NCBI GenBank assembly: GCA_963555755.3
Contig: OY820905.2
Span: 832,001 to 896,000, forward strand
DNA: 64,000 bases
DNA from: Nitrospirales bacterium
Lineage (GTDB): Bacteria > Nitrospirota > Nitrospiria > Nitrospirales > UBA8639
Direction: 5' to 3'
Shown: one piece after another, positions 10,586 through 20,678 of the stretch
How the letters are laid out: every line of letters starts with the position of its first letter
Numbering within the stretch: the first letter of the stretch is position 1
Made by a program: the position numbers and the translations under genes
The notes under the pieces: model-generated
The model's database searches: none
What the model was told of the DNA's origin: nothing
The model's input: the letters and a program-made list of their open reading frames with translations, nothing else

Positions 10586-10945
10586 ATGGGACAAGACATT
10601 TCATCCAATGATTCATGCTGGGTCACCACATTTGTGTTTATTTCTGGGTTTATTCTTGGAGCCGTGGGCGCAGTCCTGATGGCACCAGAGCCCGGTTCCT
10701 CCATACGAAGCCGGTTGGCCAAGGGCGCAAAGATCGCACAAGAAGAGTTCGGGGATGTCGCCAATGAGACCAGAGAAGCATTTCGCTCCATTTCACAAGA
10801 TACCAAACGAACAGTGAAACAAGCCGCAGCCCGTATAACCGATGCCGTCGAAGCCACCAAACAAGCCGTCATTGCTGACGAAGAGGACAAACACTCCGCG
10901 CCTTCGTTCGATCCTCCAGGATCAGACAAAAGTGCCTTGAACTAA
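10586..10945 (+). CDS. YtxH-domain protein
   Basis: FISGFILGAVGAVLMAPEPGSSIRSRL followed by a helical region; SD GGAGG upstream. Confidence 0.8.
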   Translation: MGQDISSNDSCWVTTFVFISGFILGAVGAVLMAPEPGSSIRSRLAKGAKIAQEEFGDVANETREAFRSISQDTKRTVKQAAARITDAVEATKQAVIADEEDKHSAPSFDPPGSDKSALN

Positions 10946-11040
10946 TAATGGCGCATCCGGTTTTTCCAAAAAAAGCAACGAGTCAACATAATGAAACGTC
11001 GAAGAGTTGAACCAAACAAAAACGAGGAGACCTCGATAAA

Positions 11041-11382
11041 TTAGGTCAGGGCGGAAAAGGTGGTGTAATCTTCGTTGGTCTGAAACATGGACAGGTATTT
11101 TGAAAAATTCACATTTTGCAAAGTACTTTTCACGGCATCTTGAGGATTCACGACAATCACACTTCCCTTCATACCCTGAAAAACCTTCACTGCAAGGGCC
11201 AGCGCCCCAAGTCCTGCACTGTCAATAAAGGAGACACCTTTCATATCAATAATCACCCGCTTGGCGTGCGCTTCCGTATGTTTTTCAATCGCTTCCTTAC
11301 ACGCATTTTTGGCGAACATATCCAGCTTCCCTGAAAGTACAAGGACGGGGACTCCTTGGGTTTTCCGTTCTTTAATGATCAT
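11041..11382 (-). CDS. STAS-domain anti-sigma factor antagonist
   Basis: LSGKLD...IDMKGVSFIDSAGLGAL. Confidence 0.9.
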   Translation of the reverse strand: MIIKERKTQGVPVLVLSGKLDMFAKNACKEAIEKHTEAHAKRVIIDMKGVSFIDSAGLGALALAVKVFQGMKGSVIVVNPQDAVKSTLQNVNFSKYLSMFQTNEDYTTFSALT

Positions 11383-11486
11383 TTCAGCCCATGGGTCGCA
11401 TTGTTAATCAACCTTTCCTAACGGGAAAGTCTAACAACTTTCTCTTATTAAAAAATACTTATCGGAACCAACCTTATATTCTTAAA

Positions 11487-11627
11487 GGGCACCTCTACAA
11501 ACCAGGCATTTTTTGTGAGGGCAAGGAAGCCGCGCGCGGAAAACCGGAGTGTATGGGCGAATACATGAGGATTTGAGCACGCGGCTAACGCCGCCATCAC
11601 GGAAAAGGACGGTTTGTAGAGGTGCCC
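11487..11627 (+). mobile_element. Family G MITE (141 bp)
   Basis: GGGCACCTCTACAAACC terminal IR, TAAA duplicated; copies at 26082-26222 and 60465-60605. Confidence 0.88.
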
Positions 11628-11836
11628 TAAAGTTTTCAGCGGGTTAACACAACCTTACTATGGGTTTCTGATCAACCCTATCCGAACATACCTCTAGTAA
11701 TAAACAATTTTTCACTTAATTTTCAACATGTTATATCAGACAAAGGCAATCAGGACAATTCAACATTTACCGTAAATTATTGAGAAGAAAGACCCCGTTG
11801 TGTGGGAGGAGAAAAAGGCAGAGGGCCCAATTTGGT

Positions 11837-13528
11837 TTAGGACCGATGACCGTAGAGGAAGGTAATATTGATACGTCGAGAGTCGTAGCCATCACGGAAG
11901 AGGCATCGGTCCGACTCATGAAAGAGATCGGAGTTAAAAATCAAAGCACGGTTTTCTCTATAAGGAACGGTCACCGGGGATGCCCCACTCGATCGCAAAA
12001 ACTCCATAATTTTGGGTTTGTTTTCTCTTCTATTATAGTCCTTAAAATCCCAATCCTTTGGCGCTTCTTTATCCCAGACCGTCAGTCCACCACAGGTTAG
12101 ATCCAAATTCGCCTCATTGGGTGTGATCCAAAAATTCACATTCACCGCAGCAGCATCGGCATGGATGTTCAGTGGACGACGCTGACTATCCTGCTTAAAT
12201 GCCCAAGCCTGCAACAGCTGGTGGTGGTGAAAAATACCAGGGAACTGTTCCCGCAGTTCTTCCGCCACCTGCAATAATAAGGGAGAAGCAAATCCATCAT
12301 TTAAAAATGCTCCAATATATCCTTCTTTATAATCCTTTTTCCAAATTGTGGATTCCAAACAAAAACGGCGGAGCGATTGCAACGCATCCTCTTTCAGTAA
12401 TTCATCAATAACAATAATTTCTGGGTGATTCGCCTGATAACGCCGCTGAATATCCTCCCGATTAAGATTCGGGTTTAACGCCCCTTCGGGAAGAGTGGGG
12501 TTATCGGCATAGTGCAAGATTCGGTTAAAAGACGGGGCCAAGGCTTTGGCCTGTGATGGACTCACCGCAATCGGTTCGTTGGTTCCCTGTAAGGAGGCCG
12601 CTTGCCGATTGAAAAAATCCAAGGTCTCAGAGTATGCCTCGGGAGTCGATATCGGAATTCCTTGGGTACAAAGATATTCCAATTGTTCAGCATCATGTTT
12701 AATCCGCGAGGGATACGCATATTGGACATTGACGGCACAGCCATGGTTTTGTAAGAGATCAGCAGACGTCCTGAATTCCGATAATGCGGCATCCCTCTGA
12801 CCTTGCCATAAAAGTGCCAAACCTAAATTATGATGCGCCTTGGCATACCCAGGGTTAATATGAATGGCTTTTCGAAAGGCTGCCGCGGCGTCCTCCCTTT
12901 GATCACGTTCGATATACACCATTCCAAGATTAAAATGAGATTCAGCATTTCGGGGATTGAGCCGCAACGCATGCTGATAGGCGCCAATGGCCCGATCGAA
13001 ATCATGCCGTTCTTTGAAGACCACGCCCAAGTTATTGTATCCGCCAGCATAATCGGGTTTGATGGCAATCGCATGTTCAAAAGCTAAAACCGCAGACTTC
13101 AAATCCCCTTGCTCTCGATAGACGTTGCCAAGATTACTGTGGGCCTCGACATAATCCGACTTCAGTTGCAACGCCTGTTGGTAGGCCCGCGCGGCCTCAT
13201 CCAGTTGGCCTGACTTCTCACAGACCAACCCCAGGTTATAATGGTACAAGGCCTTTTTCCCATCTTGTTGAATGGCTTGGCCAATCAAATCACACGCCCG
13301 GTCGTACTCCAACCCTTGATAGGCCACTAATCCGAGCAGGTGAAGAGCCTCCGCATGAGTAGGATGGCCCTCGAGTATGTTCCGATACAACTGTTCCGCT
13401 TGCTGGAATCGTCCTCCGCGATGATGCGCAACCGCTTCATCGAAAAGATGTTTCACAGCCAGGGTTTTGGAGTTCACTCCTGCTTTGGCCATCAATCGTT
13501 CTTTCCGTCTTCGTTCAGCGCGATTCAT
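11837..13528 (-). CDS. TPR-repeat protein with C-terminal 2OG-Fe(II) oxygenase-like domain
   Basis: About 7 TPRs (AHSNLG, YNNLG, HFNLG) then HAD...FHES...RRINITF; start placed at MNRAERRR. Confidence 0.8.
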   Translation of the reverse strand: MNRAERRRKERLMAKAGVNSKTLAVKHLFDEAVAHHRGGRFQQAEQLYRNILEGHPTHAEALHLLGLVAYQGLEYDRACDLIGQAIQQDGKKALYHYNLGLVCEKSGQLDEAARAYQQALQLKSDYVEAHSNLGNVYREQGDLKSAVLAFEHAIAIKPDYAGGYNNLGVVFKERHDFDRAIGAYQHALRLNPRNAESHFNLGMVYIERDQREDAAAAFRKAIHINPGYAKAHHNLGLALLWQGQRDAALSEFRTSADLLQNHGCAVNVQYAYPSRIKHDAEQLEYLCTQGIPISTPEAYSETLDFFNRQAASLQGTNEPIAVSPSQAKALAPSFNRILHYADNPTLPEGALNPNLNREDIQRRYQANHPEIIVIDELLKEDALQSLRRFCLESTIWKKDYKEGYIGAFLNDGFASPLLLQVAEELREQFPGIFHHHQLLQAWAFKQDSQRRPLNIHADAAAVNVNFWITPNEANLDLTCGGLTVWDKEAPKDWDFKDYNRRENKPKIMEFLRSSGASPVTVPYRENRALIFNSDLFHESDRCLFRDGYDSRRINITFLYGHRS

Positions 13529-13615
13529 CTTAAGACCTACGATAGCCCAAACCACACACCACTGTAAATAAAACCGGTAGGGCCAGAAAAAAAGTATAGC
13601 ATTATTGAAACAGGT

Positions 13616-13652
13616 AAAAAAAAGGTGGCCTTGCACTTAGTACAAGGCCACC
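13616..13652 (-). terminator. Intrinsic terminator of the sigma factor gene
   Basis: GGTGGCCTTG/CAAGGCCACC stem followed by U8 on the minus strand. Confidence 0.8.
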
Positions 13653-13686
13653 AAAATATTCTCTATGACTAGTATGTATGAAAGCC

Positions 13687-15501
13687 TTAAAATCCTTCGG
13701 CAAAACTTCTGAGCTTCCGGCTTTGGCTCGGGTGCCGAAGTTTTCGTAACGCCTTGGCTTCAATTTGCCGAATCCGCTCACGCGTCACATCAAAATCCTG
13801 CCCCACTTCCTCCAACGTATGATCCGTCGCCTCCCCAATCCCAAACCGCTTGCGAATAATTTTCTCTTCGCGCGGTGTCAACGCCCCCAATGTAGTGGAA
13901 ATCTGGCGCTGGAGATCATAGCGCACGGCAGCTTCTATTGGCGACACCGCTTTCTTATCCTCGATAAAGTCCCCTAAATGACTGTCCTCTTCCTCTCCGA
14001 TCGGGGTCTCTAACGAGATGGGCTCCTTCGCAATCTTCAAGATCTTCCGCACTTTCTCCAGCGGCATCTCCATCCGCTCCCCAATCTCCTCCGGCGTCGG
14101 CTCCCGCCCCAATTGCTGTACCAAATGCCGCGACGTCCGTACCAGCTTGTTGATCGCCTCGATCATATGCACGGGGATGCGGATAGTTCGCGCCTGGTCC
14201 GCAATCGCTCGCGTGATCGCCTGCCGAATCCACCACGTCGCATACGTACTAAATTTATATCCCCGCTGATATTCAAACTTATCCACCGCCTTCATCAACC
14301 CAATATTGCCTTCTTGGATCAAGTCTAAAAACTGCAGTCCCCGGTTCGTATACTTCTTCGCAATACTCACAACCAACCGCAGGTTCGCTTCAATCAACTC
14401 CGCCTTTCCCCGCTTCATCTTCTCCTCGGCCCGCTCTAACGTCAGGAACGCCCTCTTGAATTCGGCCGCCGGCAGCAGCACCTCTTCCTGTTCGATCCGC
14501 CGCACCGTCCCCTGCCCGTCCTGAAACGCCCGCATCAGCTTTTCCAAGGCCTCATCGCTATAGCCCGTCTTCCGCCGCATCGCCGTGTAGACCGTCCGCT
14601 TCCGCCCCATCTGCCGAATCACTTTGGCGGCTTCTGTCCGTGGCTTCCCAAGCCGCCGGCAACAATCCTCCACCACACGCTCGGCTCCCCGTAACGCGAC
14701 CCCTTTCTCTTTAATCCGCCGCAACAGCTCATCCCGTACTGCCTGTTGCACATTCATGGCATCAAGCCGCTCGACAATCTGTTGCTGCACTCCATGGAGT
14801 TGCTTCCCAATCCGGGCCTGCTGCGCTGACGAAGCCTTGCGCCGCTTGTCATAGATGGTGAGTAGGCTCTTGCCCACCCGGCGCATTTTCTCGAGTTCCG
14901 CCAGGGTGCGCTGCAGAAGTTCTTCTTCATCTTGTTCGTCTTCGACGTCTTCTTCCTCGATCTCCTCCTCTTCGGTGGGCTCATGAACCAGCACGAAATC
15001 TCGAACCCGTAAATCCCCTTTTTTTATCGCAAGGCGCAGAGCGTCCAAATAGGTCAATGTCATGGGCATACCGGCAATGGCAAAAGCTAATTCATGTTTG
15101 CCATCTTCAATCCGTTTGGCTAGCTCAATCTCGCCTTCGCGAGTCAACAACGAAACACTCGCCATCTCGTTAAGATAGAGCCGCACCGGATCATCGATTC
15201 GGCTAAGGGCACCTGGAGTTAAATCAATTTCCTTTTCATTTTCCTCTGAAGATTCCTCAGCCTCCTCAGCCGCCCCCACTTCGGCAGGATCTTCGGTATT
15301 TTTCTGGTTGGTGGTTGCCCCATCAGAGGCCCCCCCTGCCACTCCTTCAATGGCATGCTCTTTAAAGGAAGGAAATAAAGTGGACAAATTCTCTGAATCG
15401 ACGGTTAATGGTCCATTCAGTTCATCGTAATGTAATTGATCCGGGTCTTTTCCAATTCCTGAGAGCGGTTTGACCCTCCCCATAACGCTGTGTTTAGGCA
15501 T
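13687..15501 (-). CDS. rpoD: RpoD-type (sigma-70 group 1/2) RNA polymerase sigma factor
   Basis: [53 protein letters not shown]; region 1.1 degenerate. Confidence 0.9.
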   Translation of the reverse strand: MPKHSVMGRVKPLSGIGKDPDQLHYDELNGPLTVDSENLSTLFPSFKEHAIEGVAGGASDGATTNQKNTEDPAEVGAAEEAEESSEENEKEIDLTPGALSRIDDPVRLYLNEMASVSLLTREGEIELAKRIEDGKHELAFAIAGMPMTLTYLDALRLAIKKGDLRVRDFVLVHEPTEEEEIEEEDVEDEQDEEELLQRTLAELEKMRRVGKSLLTIYDKRRKASSAQQARIGKQLHGVQQQIVERLDAMNVQQAVRDELLRRIKEKGVALRGAERVVEDCCRRLGKPRTEAAKVIRQMGRKRTVYTAMRRKTGYSDEALEKLMRAFQDGQGTVRRIEQEEVLLPAAEFKRAFLTLERAEEKMKRGKAELIEANLRLVVSIAKKYTNRGLQFLDLIQEGNIGLMKAVDKFEYQRGYKFSTYATWWIRQAITRAIADQARTIRIPVHMIEAINKLVRTSRHLVQQLGREPTPEEIGERMEMPLEKVRKILKIAKEPISLETPIGEEEDSHLGDFIEDKKAVSPIEAAVRYDLQRQISTTLGALTPREEKIIRKRFGIGEATDHTLEEVGQDFDVTRERIRQIEAKALRKLRHPSQSRKLRSFAEGF

Positions 15502-16138
15502 TGTCTCTCCCCAAAAAGTTTACAAATTGGAATGATTGCCACATTCCTAATCTCGAATATTTTTTGCAGACGACGAGACTCGCTGTGTATTCTCTCGATA
15601 ACAATTTTTTACATACTTCACTGACCACAGAGCACACTGATAGAATTGTGCCAGTTTGGAGCCCGATATCACAATACGTAGAATATCGTAATATGTCGTT
15701 GATCGAAAAAGTTAACGTCGGGAAAACAAAGAAACTCAACCCTCGGGATCGGAACCAGTAGAAGTTGATTGTTCGGCCCAGACCTGAACCCAAACCTGAA
15801 AAAAGATTCTTTTGAAGGTTTCTAAAAAATAGAAACGCCTCCAGAAACCCGAAGACGTGCTATGGATGGCAACCCATACTTTTAGCCATTTGAGGACTTC
15901 TTTTTGATCTTTATAGAACCATCTCGTTTTCAAGCTTCCAGCCTAGAGAAATACCCATGTTGGCAAACCCTTATTACATACCAGAATAATGGTTCACTTT
16001 TCAAGAATAATCGGCTACTTTAGGCCTAAGCATTACAACCATCAATGGCTAAATGTCTTGCGAGAGAAATTAAAGCTTACAAAAACACGTATACCGCTAA
16101 AATATCACTAAAATTATATGAATCCTTATGACCCTATA

Positions 16139-17991
16139 TAGTGTCTGAGAGAAAACAGGATTGCCTAAGCGTGACGCGGGTTTTCTCGGTTTTTGGGTTG
16201 TGAATCTTTCACGGTATGTGAGAGAAATCCCTGAAAACAGCCTGTTTTTCGTGTAAACTGCCTCAACATTCACCGAGTGCACAGTGTTGGTTGAGGGAGG
16301 ATCGAGACGATGCGGCAACGATTTGAACGGCAGTTGGACTTAGGGCAGACCCCAATTGAGGAAGTGCCCATTCCCCCGAAGAGTCGAGATGAATTGCCGC
16401 CGGTGTTGCGGGGGCTCCAGTGGATTTTTCAGACCCCCGACGTCAATGAGCAAATCTTTGCCTTGCTGGAACAGAAGATCCAGGGGACGAAGAAGCCGGC
16501 GACAGGACGGCCGGGGATGGACCTCTGGCATGTTCTGGTACTGGGCGTCGTCCGCCTCGCCTTGGATTGTGACTATGACCGGGTGGAATACCTGGTTCAC
16601 TATGACACATGACTCCGGCGCATCATGGGTTTGGAGTCCCACTTCCGTGGAGAGTTTGGGAAAGGGTTTCATCAAAAGACGTTGAGTGAGACTGTCTGCC
16701 ACGTCGACGAGGCCTTATTGGCGGCCATCAATGCTAGTGTGGTCCAGGCCGGGCGGCCGCTGTTTAAAAAAAAAGACGACGAGCCCATTCACGCCAAAAG
16801 TGATACCTACGTGCTTGAGCCCAACGTCCATTTCCCCACGGATTTGAATCTGCTGTGGGATGCCTGTCGGAAATGTCTGGTCTTGCTCCCGCGTCTGGCT
16901 CAGCACCTGGAGCACTCGGGGTGGCGCAAGGCCTACACGTGGCGGAAGCAGCTCAAGACGTTACTCCGGGTCTGTGGGACGATTCACCATGGCGGCGGAG
17001 CCAAGAAGCGCGAGCGGCTCGACGCAGCGGTCACGGCCTATCTGCAGAAAGCCTACGCGCTGGAGCAGAAAGTTTTTGCCAGTCTGCTGGCTCTTCGGCC
17101 CCAGGCCTTCTCCCTGCTGGAGCAAGGGATCCTGGCCGAGGGGGAGTATTATCACGAGATGCTCATCAAGCACCTGGATCTCATCGACCGGCGGGTGCTG
17201 CAGGGGGGAAACGATTCCCCATGCCGACAAACTCTTTTCACTGTTTGAACCGCATACCGAATGGATCAACAAGGGGAAAGTCTCCCCAGCGGTGGAACTT
17301 GGCCATAAATTGCTCATCACTACGGATCAATATAGCTTGGTTCTGGATTATACGGTCATGGACCAACGCCGTGACGTCAAGGAAACTCTGCCCTTAGCCG
17401 ATCGGCGGCTGGCTCGGTTTGGCGAAGGGTGCCTCCAGAGTTGGAGTGTGGATAAGGGGTTCAGCGCCCAAGCGGATCGGGAACTCTTAGAGCTGTTTAT
17501 CCCCGAGGTCATCATGCCGAAAAAGGGACGGCACTCCCAAGCCGATCAGGCCCGGGAAACGCAGAAGACCTTTCGCCGCTTACGACAGCAGCACAGTGGG
17601 ATCGAATCGGACATCAATGCCTTGGAACACCATGGGTTGAATCGCTGCCCCGACAAAGGGTGGGTGGGGTTTCAGCGCTACGTCGGGTTTGGGATCTTGG
17701 CGTACAACCTCCACAAGATCGGTCACCGGCTGTTGGCACACGACCGCCGCCGCCAGCCACGACTCCAGCAAGCCGCTTAGCGCCGCCAGTTGCCGGAAAG
17801 AATCTTCCCACCGAGGGAGACCTCTCTCACAAATCGACGGCAACGTTCAGGGAAGGGCTCTCACCCAGGACCTGGCACGAAGGGAGCACGAAAAAAGACG
17901 TTTGTAAGCACGAGAGAGGATGCCTGAGAGAGGTATTGAAAAAATATCTCGGACCATGCCCGAAAAAAACGGCGTTTTCTCTCAGACACTA
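16139..17991 (+). mobile_element. ISNCY-type (ISLbi1-like) insertion sequence
   Basis: Perfect IR TAGTGTCTGAGAGAAAAC, TATA flanking both ends. Confidence 0.85.
16310..17780 (+). pseudogene. Disrupted DDE transposase
   Basis: GRPGMDLW, VHFPTDLNLLWDA, SLFEPHTEWI.KGK, DKGF, ES.INALEHHGL; in-frame TGA at 16610-16612 and a frameshift in the G6 run at 17203-17208. Confidence 0.85.
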
Positions 17992-18137
17992 TATACCTAA
18001 CTTTTAGGCAATTAATCTAAAAAGTCACAGTTTTTTCTCCTGTGGAAAGATAGTTCATTGCAGCCTGATTATCCTCACAGGATGCCAAAGGGTTGATTTA
18101 AGGGTACTTTGTGATAGCTTGATGCCCCTTGCACAAG

Positions 18138-18303
18138 AAGCCTGTCTAAGAATCGACGGATCTACTGTGGGTGCCCTAGATGTGGCCAAATCGTCCGATC
18201 CTTTGCGTTGAATAACCGACTATTTGCCGCAAACGACCCAAACATCTGACTTAAACCTAGAACCAGCATGCCCTCGCGACAATGGCTAACCTTGGACAAA
18301 CTC
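18138..18303 (+). mobile_element. Family J MITE-like element
   Basis: AGCCTGTC / GACAAACT ends, CAAG duplicated; homologous reverse copy at 57205-57364 (19-nt exact GACGGATCTACTGTGGGTG). Confidence 0.7.
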
Positions 18304-18363
18304 CAAGGGTTGGGTCAGTTGCCAAAACACAACAGACTTTGATCTTCAGAAACCTTGTCCTTT

Positions 18364-19686
18364 ATGCCACTCAACTATTCAGAACAATCTAGGAATCCCA
18401 GAAAATTGATTGCCCAAACTTGGGTACCCTTAGCTGCCAGTTGGCTGCTCATGGGCTTGGAGCGACCCATTGTGAGCGCGTTCATGGCCAGACTCGAAGC
18501 CCCTGAAATAAACCTTGCCGCCTATGCCAGTGCGGTGTTTCCACTTTCGCTGATTATTGAGTCGCCCATTATCATGCTCTTGGCAGCATCAACGGCGTTG
18601 TCGAAAGACTGGGCCTGGTATCGCTTTTTGCGAAACTTTATGGCTGGATTGGCAGCCGTTCTGACCGTCATCCATATGCTCGTCGCGTTCACCCCGCTTT
18701 TTGATTTTCTCGTGTCAACCATTCTCAAAATTCCAGAAGCGGTCGTCGAACCCGCTCGGGTCGGCATGATGCTCATGACGCCCTGGACTGCCTCCATTGC
18801 CGTTCGTCGATTTCACCAGGGGATATTAATTCGACATGGTCAATCACGTTGGGTCGGCATTGGGACCGCTATCCGACTCATCGCCCTTTTGGCGGGACTC
18901 ATTCTTGGCATAGGGATAGGGACGCCCTCAGGCATTATCGTGGGAACCTTTGCCATTTCCCTTGGGGTCTTGAGCGAGGCTGTGTTTGTCCGCTTGCGCA
19001 CACAACCCATTCTCAACAAACTGAAGCAGCTGCCTCACAACCAAACTGACCCGCCTCATTTCAGAAAATTTCTACGATTTTATATTCCCCTCGCCACCAC
19101 CCCGCTCCTCACCCTACTGTCCCTGCCGATTGCCGCCGCGGCATTGAGCCGTATGCCTTCACCTATGGAAAGCTTCGCCGTATGGCCGATCCTCGGCGGC
19201 CTCGTGTTTTTATTTCAGGGTCTTGGGCTCGCCTACCAAGAAGTGGTGGTCGCATTAATCGACAAACCAGCCTTCTATGTCCCACTACGCCAGTTTGCCC
19301 TCCAACTCGCCATGGGAAACAGCACGATTCTGTTGCTCATTGCGATCAGTCCACTCGCAGAATTTTGGTTTGTTACTCTGTCGGGGCTGGCCCCCGAGTT
19401 AGCCGCACTAGGGACAACGGCCTTATGGTTCGCCATTCTGTTGCCGGCCTTAACGGTGATAGAAAGTTGGTTTCAGGGAGTTCTGGTGCATTCTCATAAG
19501 ACGAAAGGCATCATCGAAGCTGTCGCCTTGTACCTCATCGTTAGCGCGACCATTCTGGGATATGGGATTTACCTTGGAACCGTGACGGGCATTTACATGG
19601 GCTACATTGCGACTGTCTGCGGACTCACCATGCAAACCCTTTGGCTTGGATTTCGGTGTCAACAATTCGTGAAGCGTGAAACGTGA
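18364..19686 (+). CDS. MATE/MurJ-like multi-pass membrane protein
   Basis: About 12 hydrophobic segments in two repeated halves (WVPLAASW / YIPLATT). Confidence 0.7.
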   Translation: MPLNYSEQSRNPRKLIAQTWVPLAASWLLMGLERPIVSAFMARLEAPEINLAAYASAVFPLSLIIESPIIMLLAASTALSKDWAWYRFLRNFMAGLAAVLTVIHMLVAFTPLFDFLVSTILKIPEAVVEPARVGMMLMTPWTASIAVRRFHQGILIRHGQSRWVGIGTAIRLIALLAGLILGIGIGTPSGIIVGTFAISLGVLSEAVFVRLRTQPILNKLKQLPHNQTDPPHFRKFLRFYIPLATTPLLTLLSLPIAAAALSRMPSPMESFAVWPILGGLVFLFQGLGLAYQEVVVALIDKPAFYVPLRQFALQLAMGNSTILLLIAISPLAEFWFVTLSGLAPELAALGTTALWFAILLPALTVIESWFQGVLVHSHKTKGIIEAVALYLIVSATILGYGIYLGTVTGIYMGYIATVCGLTMQTLWLGFRCQQFVKRET

Positions 19687-19827
19687 GGCGTGAAGCGTGA
19701 TCAGCTGTTCGAAAAATAATGATACCCGAGATAAGAACGACGAAATACCGCTTAGGTTTTTGAATTATTGAAAAATTTTCAAATATCGTTCACGTGTGAC
19801 TCATCTTATGAACATCCAAGAGCAACA

Positions 19828-19972
19828 GGGAATGTTCAAAAAGGTGCGCTCAGTCCTGTCCTGAGCTTGTCGAGGGAAAGGCCGCAGGCACTTTGGCGCG
19901 CGGAGCGTACTCATAGTACGTGAGCACGACAAAGAGCCGAGAACGCCGCTGACGCCCTTTTTCAACATTCCC
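19828..19972 (+). mobile_element. Family A MITE with a nested mini-hairpin (5' extension from ~19752)
   Basis: GGGAATGTTCAAAAAGG...CCTTTTTCAACATTCCC; insert TCCTGTCCTGAGCTTGTCGAGGGA at 19854-19877. Confidence 0.85.
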
Positions 19973-19976
19973 TGAG

Positions 19977-20444
19977 TTAGTCGTTGGGAGGTTCAAAGTG
20001 CCCGGATGGACGATTCTGCCAGGGAACTGTGGAGGTACGGGCTTGCTTAAGCAAGCTCCGCAAATTCACTTCAGCAGCGCGAAGCAGCTTAGGCTCTCCA
20101 TGGCGAAGCAAAGACGTGAGCAGCACGTACATTTCGCGATCGGTGTGACTGCCACGCAGGATACGTTCGGTCACGGGGTCGGGGGAATCAAGGTCAGGAT
20201 AGATAGATTCTTCTCCATCTGGATCTCCTAATACCAATTCAATCGCTTTCGGCGTGCTGTACAGCCAAGCCGGGGGAACCGCAAGCCCCTTGGCTAAGGA
20301 CTCGACCATTGACACGGATGGATCAAGAGCCCCGGTTTCAATCGACTCAATCGTCGAACTTTCCACTCCGGATTCTTTGGCTAATTTGGAGGTCGAAAAT
20401 TGACGAGCCTTGCGCCAAGCCTGAAGGGATTGATCAAGTGGCAT
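19977..20444 (-). CDS. XRE-family HTH regulator
   Basis: LQAWRKARQFS..KLAKESGV..STIESIETG..DPS. Confidence 0.8.
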   Translation of the reverse strand: MPLDQSLQAWRKARQFSTSKLAKESGVESSTIESIETGALDPSVSMVESLAKGLAVPPAWLYSTPKAIELVLGDPDGEESIYPDLDSPDPVTERILRGSHTDREMYVLLTSLLRHGEPKLLRAAEVNLRSLLKQARTSTVPWQNRPSGHFEPPND

Positions 20445-20521
20445 AATCTCAGATCATAACGAAAGAGTGGTCCCTTCGTCTACTCATTCATTTTTGAAAA
20501 TTGATGGATAGCCGACTCTTA

Positions 20522-20678
20522 GGGTTCGCGCAAGAATAACTTCCCATGTTTGGGCGTCGATCCATCCCGTCTGGCAGCGTTGCTCTTCCTTTCCATACGA
20601 GGAGTATGCGCAGTCCTCGTGCCTTGCCAGACAGGTGTCTCAGCACCCAAACATGTGAAGTTATTCTTGCGCGAACCC
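20522..20678 (+). mobile_element. Family B MITE, free-standing
   Basis: Long terminal IR; TTA duplicated, one copy being the stop codon of the adjacent gene. Confidence 0.9.

Noticed and set aside
16610..16612. Selenocysteine or readthrough at the in-frame TGA
   Set aside because: It is in a transposase that also has a frameshift, with no Cys/Sec motif context; simple decay is more likely.
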